DNA of 64,000 nt from Pseudomonadota bacterium (GCA_027623205.1 JAQBYC010000005.1:310-64309); one strand, 5' to 3'. Counted from the stretch's first letter, positions 1-9,593 are shown. The notes: generated from the sequence alone by a model not told the origin. Numbers and translations are program-made.

Positions 1-2109
1 CTTGATCTGGATGATGAAACATTGTCTCGCAGCGGCTTGCAATGGCCCTGGCCTAGAAGCAAACTAGCCGAGATGCTGGCCCGATTGTTCAATGCCGGCG
101 CCAAGGTCGTGGCATTTGACGTCGTCTTCGCCGAACCGGATCGGACATCACCGCGGCAAGCTCTATCAATCTGGCTGAACCAACCAAGTTTGGATATGGA
201 AAAGCTGTCACCAGCGGCCAGGGCGTTCTCGAAGCCAATCATCGATTCCATTCCCGACCACGATGAGGCATTTGCCGATATTATCGGCCAGATTCGCGAT
301 GCGGCAAAGGACCACGGCGTGATTGCCGGTGTGGTCTTGACCAACGAACTCAGCAAGAACAAGCCAGCGGTAAAAGCGGGTTATGCCGTCAACGGTGACG
401 ATCCGTTGCCCTTCCTGAACAATTACTTCGGTGCCGTCGTCAATCTACCCAGTATCGAAGCCGCTGCCTCTGGGATTGGCAGTTTCAATCTGACACCGGA
501 AAGTGACGGTATCATCCGCCGGGTGCCAACTTTTGTACGCATCGACAAGCAGATCTATCCGAGCCTGTCCTTGGAAGCCCTGCGGGTCTTCCAGGGCGCG
601 TCAACCTATATCTTGAAGTCTTCCGGCGCGAATCTAGAGGAAAATTTTGGCGAAAAAACGGGCCTGAACCACATCAAGGTGGGCCGCCTGGAGATACCGG
701 TAGATGGCGAGGGGCGGTTTTGGGTGCATTTCGCCAAATCGACATCGGAACGGGTGATCCCGTTGTGGAAGGTTTTCGAGAAGGACTTCGATCCGGCGCT
801 GGTCGCCGGGAAAATTCTGTTTTTCGGCACATCCGCTGCAGGCCTGAAGGATTTGCGCGCAACTCCCTTGAATCCCGCGGCGGCCGGCGTTGATGTGCAT
901 GTACAAACGGTCGAACAGATATTGTCAGGGCATTTTATGGAGCGCCCCGATTGGGCTGACGGCATGGAAAAGGTCTTTATTCTGGTGATGGGGCTGATCT
1001 TGATCATTCTGACACCACGCTTTGGCGCCATGCCAGGCGCCGCCATCTCACTGGGCACGGCCATCGGAGCCGTGGCGATGAGTTGGTATCTCTATACCGA
1101 CAAGTTGCTTCTGGTGGATCCGATCTATCCGGGCATAGCCATTCTGGCTGTCTATTTGTCCAGTTCGGCCATTATGTATCTGCGTACCGAAGCTGAGCGG
1201 GAGCGTGTACGCGGCGCCTTTAGTCAATATCTTTCGCCGGCGCTGGTTGAACAACTTGCCAGGGAGCCGGACCGGCTGCGGCTGGGTGGTGAAAGCCGCA
1301 ACATGAGCTTTTTATTCTGCGATGTACGCGGCTTCACTTCGATCTCTGAATCATTCAAAAGCAATCCGCAGGGTTTGACCCGCCTGATCAACCGCTTCCT
1401 AACCCCTCTGACCGACGCCATTCTGGCCCGTCAGGGCACCATCGATAAGTATATGGGCGATTGCATCATGGCCTTTTGGAACGCCCCCATGGAAGATCTG
1501 CAACATCCCCAGCATGCCTGTGAATCGGCGCTGGCGATGTTTGAGGAACTGGAAAAATTAAATCAGGACCTTGAGACGGAAGCCCTCGAAAACGGTGAAG
1601 AGTATAAACCCTTGAATGTCGGAGTCGGCATCAATACCGGCGATTGCGTGGTCGGTAATATGGGGTCCGAGCAGCGCTTCGACTATTCGGTTCTGGGCGA
1701 TGCCGTGAACCTGGCCGCCCGTCTGGAAGGGCAGTCCAAGAATTACGGCGTCGGCATCGTCATTGGCGAGGACACGCAGTCGATGATCAATGATGATTTT
1801 GCAACCCTCGAATTGGACCTGATCGCCGTGAAAGGCAAAGCGGAAGCCGTGCATATACATACGATCCTGGGTCGGAAGGAAATGTTACAGCAGCAGGACT
1901 TTCTCGCCCTGAAAGCACAACATGTCGCTATGCTGGACGCCTACCGTCAGCAGGATTGGGCCAAGGCCCATGAATTGCTCAAGGAATGCCGATCCGCCGA
2001 TGGCAGCTTTGGCGAATTGTATGACATGTACGAAGAACGCGTCGATTTCTATATGGAAAATCCGCCTGACCCCAGCTGGGACGGTGTCTTTGTCGCCACC
2101 ACGAAATAG
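1..2109 (+). CDS. CHASE2-domain class III adenylate/guanylate cyclase (5'-truncated by window edge)
   Basis: Frame open from base 1 (LDLDDETLSR..QWPWPRS, CHASE2); three TM helices; catalytic motifs FCDVRGFT, DKYMGDCIMAFW, RFDYSVLGDAVNLAARLE. The K and D specificity residues favour ATP as substrate. Confidence 0.92.
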   Translation, partial: LDLDDETLSRSGLQWPWPRSKLAEMLARLFNAGAKVVAFDVVFAEPDRTSPRQALSIWLNQPSLDMEKLSPAARAFSKPIIDSIPDHDEAFADIIGQIRDAAKDHGVIAGVVLTNELSKNKPAVKAGYAVNGDDPLPFLNNYFGAVVNLPSIEAAASGIGSFNLTPESDGIIRRVPTFVRIDKQIYPSLSLEALRVFQGASTYILKSSGANLEENFGEKTGLNHIKVGRLEIPVDGEGRFWVHFAKSTSERVIPLWKVFEKDFDPALVAGKILFFGTSAAGLKDLRATPLNPAAAGVDVHVQTVEQILSGHFMERPDWADGMEKVFILVMGLILIILTPRFGAMPGAAISLGTAIGAVAMSWYLYTDKLLLVDPIYPGIAILAVYLSSSAIMYLRTEAERERVRGAFSQYLSPALVEQLAREPDRLRLGGESRNMSFLFCDVRGFTSISESFKSNPQGLTRLINRFLTPLTDAILARQGTIDKYMGDCIMAFWNAPMEDLQHPQHACESALAMFEELEKLNQDLETEALENGEEYKPLNVGVGINTGDCVVGNMGSEQRFDYSVLGDAVNLAARLEGQSKNYGVGIVIGEDTQSMINDDFATLELDLIAVKGKAEAVHIHTILGRKEMLQQQDFLALKAQHVAMLDAYRQQDWAKAHELLKECRSADGSFGELYDMYEERVDFYMENPPDPSWDGVFVATTK

Positions 2110-2413
2110 ATACGGCAGGGTTGGATCCGTTTTGTATTTGATCTTGCGGCACCACATTCCAAAAAATTCCCATGGTCTTTGATCCATGGACTCATTGAGG
2201 CGTCTTTCGGGTGATTTCGGGTGCGTGGCGCGCACCTGCACCCGGCGATGCCCCGCTGTGCGGCGGGCATGCGCTACCCGACGTAGGGTCCGGAGAAACC
2301 CGTGCCGCGGGTCGTCCGCAAAACGTCTGGATGGATCCCTATCAGTGCCGCTTGGTATAACCTTTGGCCTCGGCTAACATATTCAGTGTTGGGTGGCGAA
2401 TGGCGGACGCAAC

Positions 2414-3430
2414 ATGAGCGACTTGGAAAAAGTTAACGGGCACAAGCCCAAGGGGCTGCTGCCCATGGCTTTCGCCGCGGCATTGCCGTCGCCGGCGGAA
2501 GCGGCAAAGCTTCCTTTTGACGTGGGCGCAGCGCTTTCGGCGGTGGTGCAGCTGCATGCCGAAATTCCGGCCGACGGTTATACTGCGCCCTTCCTGGGCA
2601 CCGAGCGGGACGGCAATGGCGTGGTCATCGATGACCGCGGCCTGATCCTGACCATCGGCTATTTGATCGTCGAGGCCATGGCGATCGCCGTCAACGCGGC
2701 CGATGGGCGCATGATCGCGGCCGAAGTCGTCGCATATGATTATGATACCGGCTTTGGTCTGGTGCGGGCGCTGGAACCTTTGGGCCGGCCGGCCCTGGCC
2801 ATGGGCCGTTCAGCGGACTTGGCGGTGGGAAATGGGGTTCTGATCGCCGGCCACGGCGGTCACGACGGCGCCATTGGGGCCCGGGTCGTGAGTAAACGGC
2901 GATTCGCCGGCTATTGGGAGTATATGCTGGACGAAGCCATCTTCACCTCGCCGGCTCATCCGAATTGGGGCGGCGCGGCCCTGATTGGCCCGGACGGCAA
3001 ATTATTGGGCATTGGCTCGCTATATGTAGAGGATGCAACCAACAGCCCGGACCCGGTTAGCGGTAACATGTTCGTCCCCATCGATCTTTTACCGCCGGTC
3101 TTCGAGGAAATGTTGAGCGAGGGGCGTACGGCGGCATCGCGCCGGCCCTGGATGGGTATGTTCACGGCGGAGGTCGAGGGCCAGGTTGAGGTCATCGGTC
3201 TGGCCCAGGATGGCCCGGCGGAACGTTCCGGTCTCCAGAGCGGCGATATCATCGTCAAGGTGAATGGCGAAACCATCGCCTCAATGGCCGATCTGTACCG
3301 CAAGGCATGGTCCGCCGGCCCAGCCGGCGTGGACATATCCATGACCGTCCTGCGCGACACCTACGCTTTTGATTTATCCTTGAAATCCGAGGACCGGTAT
3401 GCGCGTCTAAAGCTTCAACGTAATTATTGA
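2414..3430 (+). CDS. Trypsin-like (S1C/HtrA-like) protein with C-terminal PDZ domain, probably catalytically inactive
   Basis: GNGVVID..GLILTIGYLI, GFGLVRA, HPNWGGAALIG, PDZ (RPWMGM..GPAERSGLQSGDIIVKVNG). Start taken at ATG 2414; 2393 also possible. Confidence 0.8.
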   Translation: MSDLEKVNGHKPKGLLPMAFAAALPSPAEAAKLPFDVGAALSAVVQLHAEIPADGYTAPFLGTERDGNGVVIDDRGLILTIGYLIVEAMAIAVNAADGRMIAAEVVAYDYDTGFGLVRALEPLGRPALAMGRSADLAVGNGVLIAGHGGHDGAIGARVVSKRRFAGYWEYMLDEAIFTSPAHPNWGGAALIGPDGKLLGIGSLYVEDATNSPDPVSGNMFVPIDLLPPVFEEMLSEGRTAASRRPWMGMFTAEVEGQVEVIGLAQDGPAERSGLQSGDIIVKVNGETIASMADLYRKAWSAGPAGVDISMTVLRDTYAFDLSLKSEDRYARLKLQRNY

Positions 3431-3435
3431 TTAGC

Positions 3436-4086
3436 ATGAGCACGAGGAGAAGAAATTTGCAGTCACGCCGGTCATTTCTATTCGGCTGTACAGCCGTTGG
3501 CGCAGCGTTGTCCGTGCCGGGTTCATTGTTGGCGGAGGTCACGAGCCAGGCTATCGAGGGCTCGTCAGCCTTCATTGCCGACCTAGCGGGCCGGGCCATC
3601 GATATCCTGCAATCCAGCGGCAAGAACTTGGAGCAAAGGGAAGCGCAATTTCACACCCTGTTGTCCAACGGTTTTGATATGCCTTTTATCGCCCGCTTTG
3701 CTTTGGGCAAACACTGGCGTAAGGCAACGCCGCAGCAGCGGGCGGACTATCAGGCGCTGTTCGAGGAGTTCATTCTGAAAACCTACAGCCGCCGCATGGG
3801 TGGCTATGCCGGTGAAACCTTTGCCGTGTCCGATGCCAGACCTGCCGGCAAAAAGGACGTCATGGTGAAGACCCACATCAACCAGCCAGGCGGGCCGCCG
3901 ATCAATGCGGACTGGCGCGTCCGGCCACGAAACGGCCAGTACAAGATTATTGACATCATGGTCGAAGGCGTTTCGATGGCCGTCACCCAACGTTCTGAAT
4001 TCAACGCCGTGGTCGGGCAACAGGGCATTCCGGGCCTGCTGCAGGCATTGCGCGCGCGCACCGAAAAACTCGGCGTGGCTTCATAG
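3436..4086 (+). CDS. mlaC: MlaC/Ttg2D phospholipid-binding periplasmic protein
   Basis: FDMPFIARFALGKHWR, YKIIDIMVEGVSMAVTQRSEF; twin-arginine-like leader SRRSFL. Confidence 0.88.
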   Translation: MSTRRRNLQSRRSFLFGCTAVGAALSVPGSLLAEVTSQAIEGSSAFIADLAGRAIDILQSSGKNLEQREAQFHTLLSNGFDMPFIARFALGKHWRKATPQQRADYQALFEEFILKTYSRRMGGYAGETFAVSDARPAGKKDVMVKTHINQPGGPPINADWRVRPRNGQYKIIDIMVEGVSMAVTQRSEFNAVVGQQGIPGLLQALRARTEKLGVAS

Positions 4087-4107
4087 CGGCGCCGGGGAGG
4101 AATTGAA

Positions 4108-4977
4108 ATGAGAAATGACCCGATCTTTCATTGCCGTGCCGCACGGACGCAGCTTACCCGATGGCCGGGGAAACTGATCCGGAGCTGCCTGCTTCTGGTA
4201 TTCGTTTTGGCCGGATCCGCGGCAACCGCCAATGCGGCGGACTTCAAAGCCGGCTCCGCGGCTTATCAACAAGGCAATTTTGCCGTTGCCGCGAAAATAT
4301 GGCGGACCCTGGCGGAGGAAGGGGACGCCAAGGCGCAATACAACCTGGGGATCCTGTTCGATCAGGGTAAAGGCGTGCCCCAGGATCCGACGGAGGCCAT
4401 ACGTTGGTGGCGGCGGTCGGCGGAAGGCGGCTTTCGCGATGCCCAGCACAATCTGGCCAATGCTTATATAGCCGGCGACGGCGTGGCGCAAAGCTACAAG
4501 GATGCGGCGCATTGGTTGGAACGCGCGTCTAAAGCGGGCTTGAACCGCGCCAGTTATTCGCTTGGCAAATTGTACCAATACGGTCTCGGTGTGCCGATGG
4601 ATATAAAACGGGCTGCGATGCTGTTTCAATCGGCGGCGGATGCCGGTTTGGACAAGGCGCAATACAATTTGGCCAAAGCCTATCGTGACGGCGACGGCAT
4701 TGCCCAGGATAACGCCCTCTCCATCAAATGGTTTCGCCGCGCCGCCGAACAGGGCTATGCCAAGGCGCAAAGCCATCTGGCAACCCGTTTTGCCAGGGGC
4801 CAAGGGGTCGACACGGACTTGATGGAAGCCTTCAAATGGATGAGTCTGGCCGCCCGCCAGGGGCATTTGCAGGCGCGGGAAAATCTACGTGTATTGAAAT
4901 CCCGCCTGACGCCAGAGCAACGGGCGGCAGGCATGCGGCGCGTTGCTGATTTTGTTCCCGTCAAGGAGGACGGTTGA
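4108..4977 (+). CDS. Sel1-repeat (TPR-like) exported protein
   Basis: About six 36-aa repeats (AQYNLGILFDQGKGVPQD..A..W..RSAE.G); hydrophobic signal ending ANA. Confidence 0.9.
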   Translation: MRNDPIFHCRAARTQLTRWPGKLIRSCLLLVFVLAGSAATANAADFKAGSAAYQQGNFAVAAKIWRTLAEEGDAKAQYNLGILFDQGKGVPQDPTEAIRWWRRSAEGGFRDAQHNLANAYIAGDGVAQSYKDAAHWLERASKAGLNRASYSLGKLYQYGLGVPMDIKRAAMLFQSAADAGLDKAQYNLAKAYRDGDGIAQDNALSIKWFRRAAEQGYAKAQSHLATRFARGQGVDTDLMEAFKWMSLAARQGHLQARENLRVLKSRLTPEQRAAGMRRVADFVPVKEDG

Positions 4978-5077
4978 GGAAACGGCGATAAAAAGACGGG
5001 TCCGAATTAATGGTATCGCTATTGGCCCGTGGCTGTTTTCCAGGCCGTTATAGGCTCGCCTTGAAGGGGCGGAATTA

Positions 5078-6592
5078 ATGACAAAACGCGGTTCAGTGGC
5101 GGCGGCCCTGCTGATTGCTGGTATTTTGTGTTACGGCTGGGCAGCCGCCGCGGCTAGTCCCAAGCCAACCTTCCGCGATTATTTCGAAGCCGCGGTCCGT
5201 ACCGCCGACAGCGGCAACCAAAACATCGAAAATCGCCGCCGCCGGATAGTCGCGGCGCTGTCGCCGTTGGTTACGCTGGCTATTGTGCAACAACCAGGGC
5301 AAATCGACGCCATCATGGGCGCACTGGTCGCCGCCGCGCCGGACGTCGCCCCGGCAATCGCTGAACAGGCCATGACGGAGTTTCCCGGTTTTGCGGGACA
5401 AATTGCGGATGCCGCCGGCCTGGAAAGACCTCATATGGCGGTGATGCCAAGCGTTGTGCCCGCGAGGTCAACGCCCTTCCCACGTAGCGAACCTACCGTC
5501 CGGCGCGCCAACGGACATACGGCCCGCACCTCCGCCTGGGCGATCTCGGCCATCGCCGATAATCCAGGCGCGTTGGACGATATCATGAGCCGCGCCATTG
5601 CCGCGGCCCCAGGCGGTGAGATGGACCTTGTCGCAGCCACGCAGGCGGCCTATCCCGGCTTCGCGCCGCAAATCGCCGCGGCCGCCGCCGCGCCACGCAC
5701 CGTGTCCCGCCCGCCTTTGACATCAACACCCGAAATGCGGCCCCCGGAAAGATCCCGCGCCGCCGCGCAATATTCGGCAAAACGGCAACCGATCGTGCGG
5801 CCTACTGAAGCGCCGGCCCCGGTGGCGCGGGCCCCCGTAACGTACCAAGCCAAGGCACCAAACACCGCCGCGCGGAAAACGCCCGCGGCCCCGGTCGAGA
5901 CGGCGCAACCAGCTGTCGCCGAGGACGATACTATTGAGATCGACGATCCGTTGGAGCCGATGAACCGGATCATCTTCGCGTTCAACGACACACTCGATTT
6001 GATCCTGCTGCGCCCCATCGCCATAGGTTACAACTGGATTTTGCCTGACGTGGCCCGTGAGGCGGTGCGGCGAGCCGCCTTGAACCTGGATGCCCCGGTC
6101 ATCGCGGTCAACGATCTGTTGCAGGGAGACCTGGCCGATGCCGGTGTCGCCCTGGGCCGCTTTGGCATCAACACCACCATCGGCTTTTTAGGTCTGCTTG
6201 ACCCGGCGGCAGACTTTGGTTTGAAACGCCATCATGCCGACTTTGGCCAGACCCTGCACAGCCATGACGTAGGCGCCGGCCCCTATTTGGTCCTACCCCT
6301 GTTGGGCCCGGCCAGCACCCGTGGCGGTGTTGGCAAGTTGGTGGATATCTTCTTCCAGCCCATGACGTATTTGTTGAGTACCGGGCAAAATCTGGGCGTC
6401 GCCGCAACACGCGCCGTGGTCAGGCGCGAGGAACTGCTGGATCCGCTGGATGAATTGCGTGAAAACTCCATCGATTATTATACCGGCCTGAAAGCTGCCT
6501 TCTGGCAGGCCCGGCAGGTGGAGTTGAACAAGGGTACCTTGGTTGGCCTGGGCAATGGTGGTGCCGACAAGTTGTTCGACGCCGCCAATTAG
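5078..6592 (+). CDS. mlaA: MlaA/VacJ family protein with long N-terminal extension
   Basis: C-terminal VacJ domain from ~5942: DPLEPMNRIIFAFND, RFGINTTIG, ADFGQTL, GPYLVLPLLGPAS.R; about 290 aa of extra N-terminal sequence. Confidence 0.88.
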   Translation: MTKRGSVAAALLIAGILCYGWAAAAASPKPTFRDYFEAAVRTADSGNQNIENRRRRIVAALSPLVTLAIVQQPGQIDAIMGALVAAAPDVAPAIAEQAMTEFPGFAGQIADAAGLERPHMAVMPSVVPARSTPFPRSEPTVRRANGHTARTSAWAISAIADNPGALDDIMSRAIAAAPGGEMDLVAATQAAYPGFAPQIAAAAAAPRTVSRPPLTSTPEMRPPERSRAAAQYSAKRQPIVRPTEAPAPVARAPVTYQAKAPNTAARKTPAAPVETAQPAVAEDDTIEIDDPLEPMNRIIFAFNDTLDLILLRPIAIGYNWILPDVAREAVRRAALNLDAPVIAVNDLLQGDLADAGVALGRFGINTTIGFLGLLDPAADFGLKRHHADFGQTLHSHDVGAGPYLVLPLLGPASTRGGVGKLVDIFFQPMTYLLSTGQNLGVAATRAVVRREELLDPLDELRENSIDYYTGLKAAFWQARQVELNKGTLVGLGNGGADKLFDAAN

Positions 6593-6593
6593 G

Positions 6594-6986
6594 TCAGACC
6601 GTTGGCGGCCATTTGCCTTCGACCTGCAGCGCTTCTTCGGTGTCGGGCCAGGGGGGCATGGTCACCGCGACCGCCGCCAGTGGCTGATCACCGACCGCGC
6701 GAAACTGGAAATGTGTGCCCAAGGGAATGGTCAGACACACGCCCCGTTCAACCGCCACCACGTCCTCCCGTTCCCCCTGCCGGCGCCACATCTCGCCCCG
6801 GCCGTCCAGAAAAAACCAGATCTCCTCGACCGTCTTGTGCGTGACCGCACGCGAGGTTTCGCCCGGGGCCAGGGCAAAGTGGGCCATGCCGCCTCTCTCA
6901 AGTCCCAACAGCACCCGCACGTCGGCGCCGTCCGGGGCGGCGACATCCCTGTCCGCAGGCAGCCGCATGGTATCGAAATCGCTCAT
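6594..6986 (-). CDS. Cupin-domain protein
   Basis: HKTVEEIWFFLDGRGEMW and IPLGTHFQFR cupin motifs; GGAGG RBS before ATG 6986. Confidence 0.85.
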   Translation of the reverse strand: MSDFDTMRLPADRDVAAPDGADVRVLLGLERGGMAHFALAPGETSRAVTHKTVEEIWFFLDGRGEMWRRQGEREDVVAVERGVCLTIPLGTHFQFRAVGDQPLAAVAVTMPPWPDTEEALQVEGKWPPTV

Positions 6987-7136
6987 GGCACCTCCACTTC
7001 GCATGGAAAATCCAGGCATCCTGGTTTAAGACCCGCGCCAGCGGCGGCGCGGAAGCGCGGCGATAAAGGTCACTGTAAGCCAGGCGAGGTTTTATTAGCG
7101 CATAACGAATCTTGGCCTGGTTCGCGCCCGACCGGC

Positions 7137-7319
7137 CTATTTCTTCATTACGAATTTAGCAAATGCCACGACCGCCAGAATGAAGAGGAGAATAATTGTC
7201 CAATCTGCATAAAGCCCCATGCGTTCGGTGTAAGTAAGCTTTGCCTCGGCATTCTGTTGCGCCGCCATCGCCATCGTCGGAAGCAGCAAACTCAGAAGGA
7301 ATAAAATAGACATACGCAC
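7137..7319 (-). CDS. Small (60 aa) signal-peptide plus C-terminal TM protein
   Basis: AGAGGAG RBS upstream of GTG 7319; signal-like N-terminus (AMA/A), short polar stretch, TM helix ending KK. Confidence 0.65.
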   Translation of the reverse strand: MRMSILFLLSLLLPTMAMAAQQNAEAKLTYTERMGLYADWTIILLFILAVVAFAKFVMKK

Positions 7320-7361
7320 GGCGATCTCCTCTCGCTGGTTAGGGTCCGGGTCAATTACATA

Positions 7362-7379
7362 GTGTGACGACGGTCACAC
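7362..7379. promoter_or_regulatory. CRP/FNR-family-like palindromic site TGTGA-N6-TCACA
   Basis: gTGTGAcgacggTCACAc, a perfect CRP core consensus in an intergenic region about 43 nt upstream of the 60-aa ORF. Confidence 0.55.
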
Positions 7380-7594
7380 CCTAGGGCCTGTTTCCTCGAA
7401 ACATGCTCGGACTCATAAGAACGGCGCAATTGAACCAATTATTTAAGCCGCGATAGCGGCTCCGATAAACTGAAAATTGCGCTGGCGTGCCACGCTGCCT
7501 TCACCGATGACGGAAGTCAAGATCATGGCTTTCAGGATGGCGCAGGAAGCGGATCAGGGTCACGTCGACGCCAGGGTCTAGCATCGAATTCTGA

Positions 7595-7750
7595 AAATGA
7601 AGGCCTTAACGATTTCACCGCGCAGGTCGCCCGGTTGGCGACAACGGCCGCTTCCGCCACCTATGGCTTTTTTCACCGGGACGCATTCCACTTCAAAAGG
7701 AGAGACGCGGTAACCGTCCGAGGACGTAATATCGCCGGAACGCTCCACGA
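7595..7750 (-). pseudogene. Degenerate fragment of the acyl-CoA synthetase 3' region
   Basis: DITSSDGYRVSPFEVE and DLRGEIVKAFI match DIISSAGYRISPFEVE and DALRGEIVKAYV of 9594..11222. DNA is colinear with ~9765..9919; the middle segment is frameshifted. Confidence 0.8.
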
Positions 7751-7863
7751 TTGTTGCCGCCCGCTTCATTATCGATGATAACTTGTCGTCGATGTTGCTG
7801 CGACCGGGCAAAGGCAGATGCAGTAGAAATGATCGATGGCGGCAGACGCGAGGTTAGGGGGAT

Positions 7864-8841
7864 ATGAGAGCAGTAGTTGTTCATTCACCGGGTGGAATTG
7901 ACGCTTTGGTGGTAGAGGAAGTGCCGGACCCCAAGCCGGACCACGGTCAGGTATTGATAGAAGTCGCCTTTGCCGGCTGCAATTGGGCCGATACGCAAGT
8001 TCGTAGCGGCGCCTACCCACATGCCTATACCTTTCCGGTAATCCCTGGGCTGGAGGTATCCGGCACCGTTCTTGGCCTCGGCGCCGGTGTGGATCACATC
8101 GCGGTCGGTGACCGGGTGACGGCTTTGCCAAATATGGGCGGCTACGCCGAGAAATGCGTCGTTGACGCGCCGTTGGTGACAAAATTGCCGGACGCTGTCG
8201 GATTGGACGTCGGGGCGGCATTTCCGGTCCAAGCGCTGACTGCATTTCACTTGCTGTACACCGTCTACAATCTGAAAAAAGGTGACGTGGTTCTCGTTCA
8301 TGCGGCTGGTGGCGGTGTCGGTCTCTTGGTTATTCAAATGGCGGTCAAGGCGGGGGCGCGCGTGATCGGCACCGTTGGTACGGCGGGCAAGGAAAAGAGG
8401 GCGTTGCAATACGGTGCCGAACGCATCGTCAATCTAAACCAAGAGGATTTCGTTGCAGTCGTAAAGCAAATAACCAATGGGCGAGGCGCCGACGTGGTTA
8501 TTGATTCACTCGGCGCCGAGACACTTGATCGGAGTTTTGACGCCGTAAAGATGCTGGGGCATGTGATCAATATCGGTGAAGCACAGGGCAAGCCGTTCAA
8601 CAATATTCGCGATCGCGTGCTGCCGACGTCGTCGGCTTTTACACGATTTTCGATCAGCCATGTCATGCCCGATCCATTGTTATGGCAGCGCGGCATGGAT
8701 TTTGTTCTGAACGCCCTGGCGGAGAACTGGCTGGAAATTCCAATCGTGCAAAATATCGCATTGGAAAATGTCCGCGATTTGCACCGTCAGATCGAGGGCC
8801 GCCAGGTCGCGGGTAAACTACTGCTCAGAATCTCCGGCTAA
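7864..8841 (+). CDS. NADPH:quinone oxidoreductase (zeta-crystallin-type MDR family)
   Basis: IPGLEVSG, VLVHAAGGGVG nucleotide-binding motif, GKLLL C-terminus; no Zn ligands. Confidence 0.9.
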   Translation: MRAVVVHSPGGIDALVVEEVPDPKPDHGQVLIEVAFAGCNWADTQVRSGAYPHAYTFPVIPGLEVSGTVLGLGAGVDHIAVGDRVTALPNMGGYAEKCVVDAPLVTKLPDAVGLDVGAAFPVQALTAFHLLYTVYNLKKGDVVLVHAAGGGVGLLVIQMAVKAGARVIGTVGTAGKEKRALQYGAERIVNLNQEDFVAVVKQITNGRGADVVIDSLGAETLDRSFDAVKMLGHVINIGEAQGKPFNNIRDRVLPTSSAFTRFSISHVMPDPLLWQRGMDFVLNALAENWLEIPIVQNIALENVRDLHRQIEGRQVAGKLLLRISG

Positions 8842-8905
8842 TTGTTTGCTGCCAAATTGTGCAAATTGGGTCAAGGATATGATTGATTCGTTGGCGGCCA
8901 TATGC

Positions 8906-8965
8906 CCTCGCCCGTCTTGTGCGTGACCGCCCGCGAGGGTTCGCCCGGACCCAGCGCAAAGTGGG
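8906..8965 (-). repeat. 60-bp relic copy of the cupin gene interior
   Basis: 54/60 identical to 6824..6883 by manual alignment. Confidence 0.85.
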
Positions 8966-8966
8966 A

Positions 8967-9413
8967 TCACGCTGCCAACGCGCCTTTCTGTAACAGGCGG
9001 CAGCCATTGATGCGCCAAGCCCCCGCCGCATCCTTGACCATGGCGTAAACCGCCAGCACCCGGTGTCCATCGGTCCCGGTGAATATGACCGGTTGAGCCA
9101 GTTCCCCGCCGAGAAGGATCAAGTCGCCGAATTCCGCCCGCCGGTGCCGGTAAACCTGCGGGTACCCGGACCGCACCATGGCGATGAAATTTTCGGGGCT
9201 TTTGAACAGCTGCTGGATCATCGGCGAGGCGAGGGAATAGGCCGCGCCAGCATCATGGCGCGAGAATGCGCCCAGCTGCCGTATTATGACCGTCTTGATG
9301 GCCCCCTGCGCCAAAGTCGAAGGTAAATCCGACGCCCGCGCGCCCATGGCCGAAAGCATCAAGACACCACAAAATGCCGCCCAGAGCGGCAGACGCCCAA
9401 AATGAATTTCCAT
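8967..9413 (-). CDS. DUF4864-like exported protein
   Basis: QLGAF..DA.AAYSLASP.IQ..F.SPENFIAMVRSGYP.V, WRINGC; signal peptide from ATG 9413. Confidence 0.75.
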   Translation of the reverse strand: MEIHFGRLPLWAAFCGVLMLSAMGARASDLPSTLAQGAIKTVIIRQLGAFSRHDAGAAYSLASPMIQQLFKSPENFIAMVRSGYPQVYRHRRAEFGDLILLGGELAQPVIFTGTDGHRVLAVYAMVKDAAGAWRINGCRLLQKGALAA

Positions 9414-9593
9414 GACCAGCCCTTTCACTTCGCAGATTTGTGACACAAACCTGAGACGCAGTGGCGATTGGCGCGCGCCTCGCACCCGCGGCATGGCTAA
9501 CGGCGGATTGCCAGCATGGCACCACCATTGCACTTGGAAAACCCAGGCAACCCCGCTTGAAAGCCGCGCCAGAGAGGCCGCATCGGCCTCGCC

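Noticed and set aside
7578-7811. 77-aa ORF as a functional small protein
   Set aside because: It is a frameshifted relic of the acyl-CoA synthetase C-terminal coding region.
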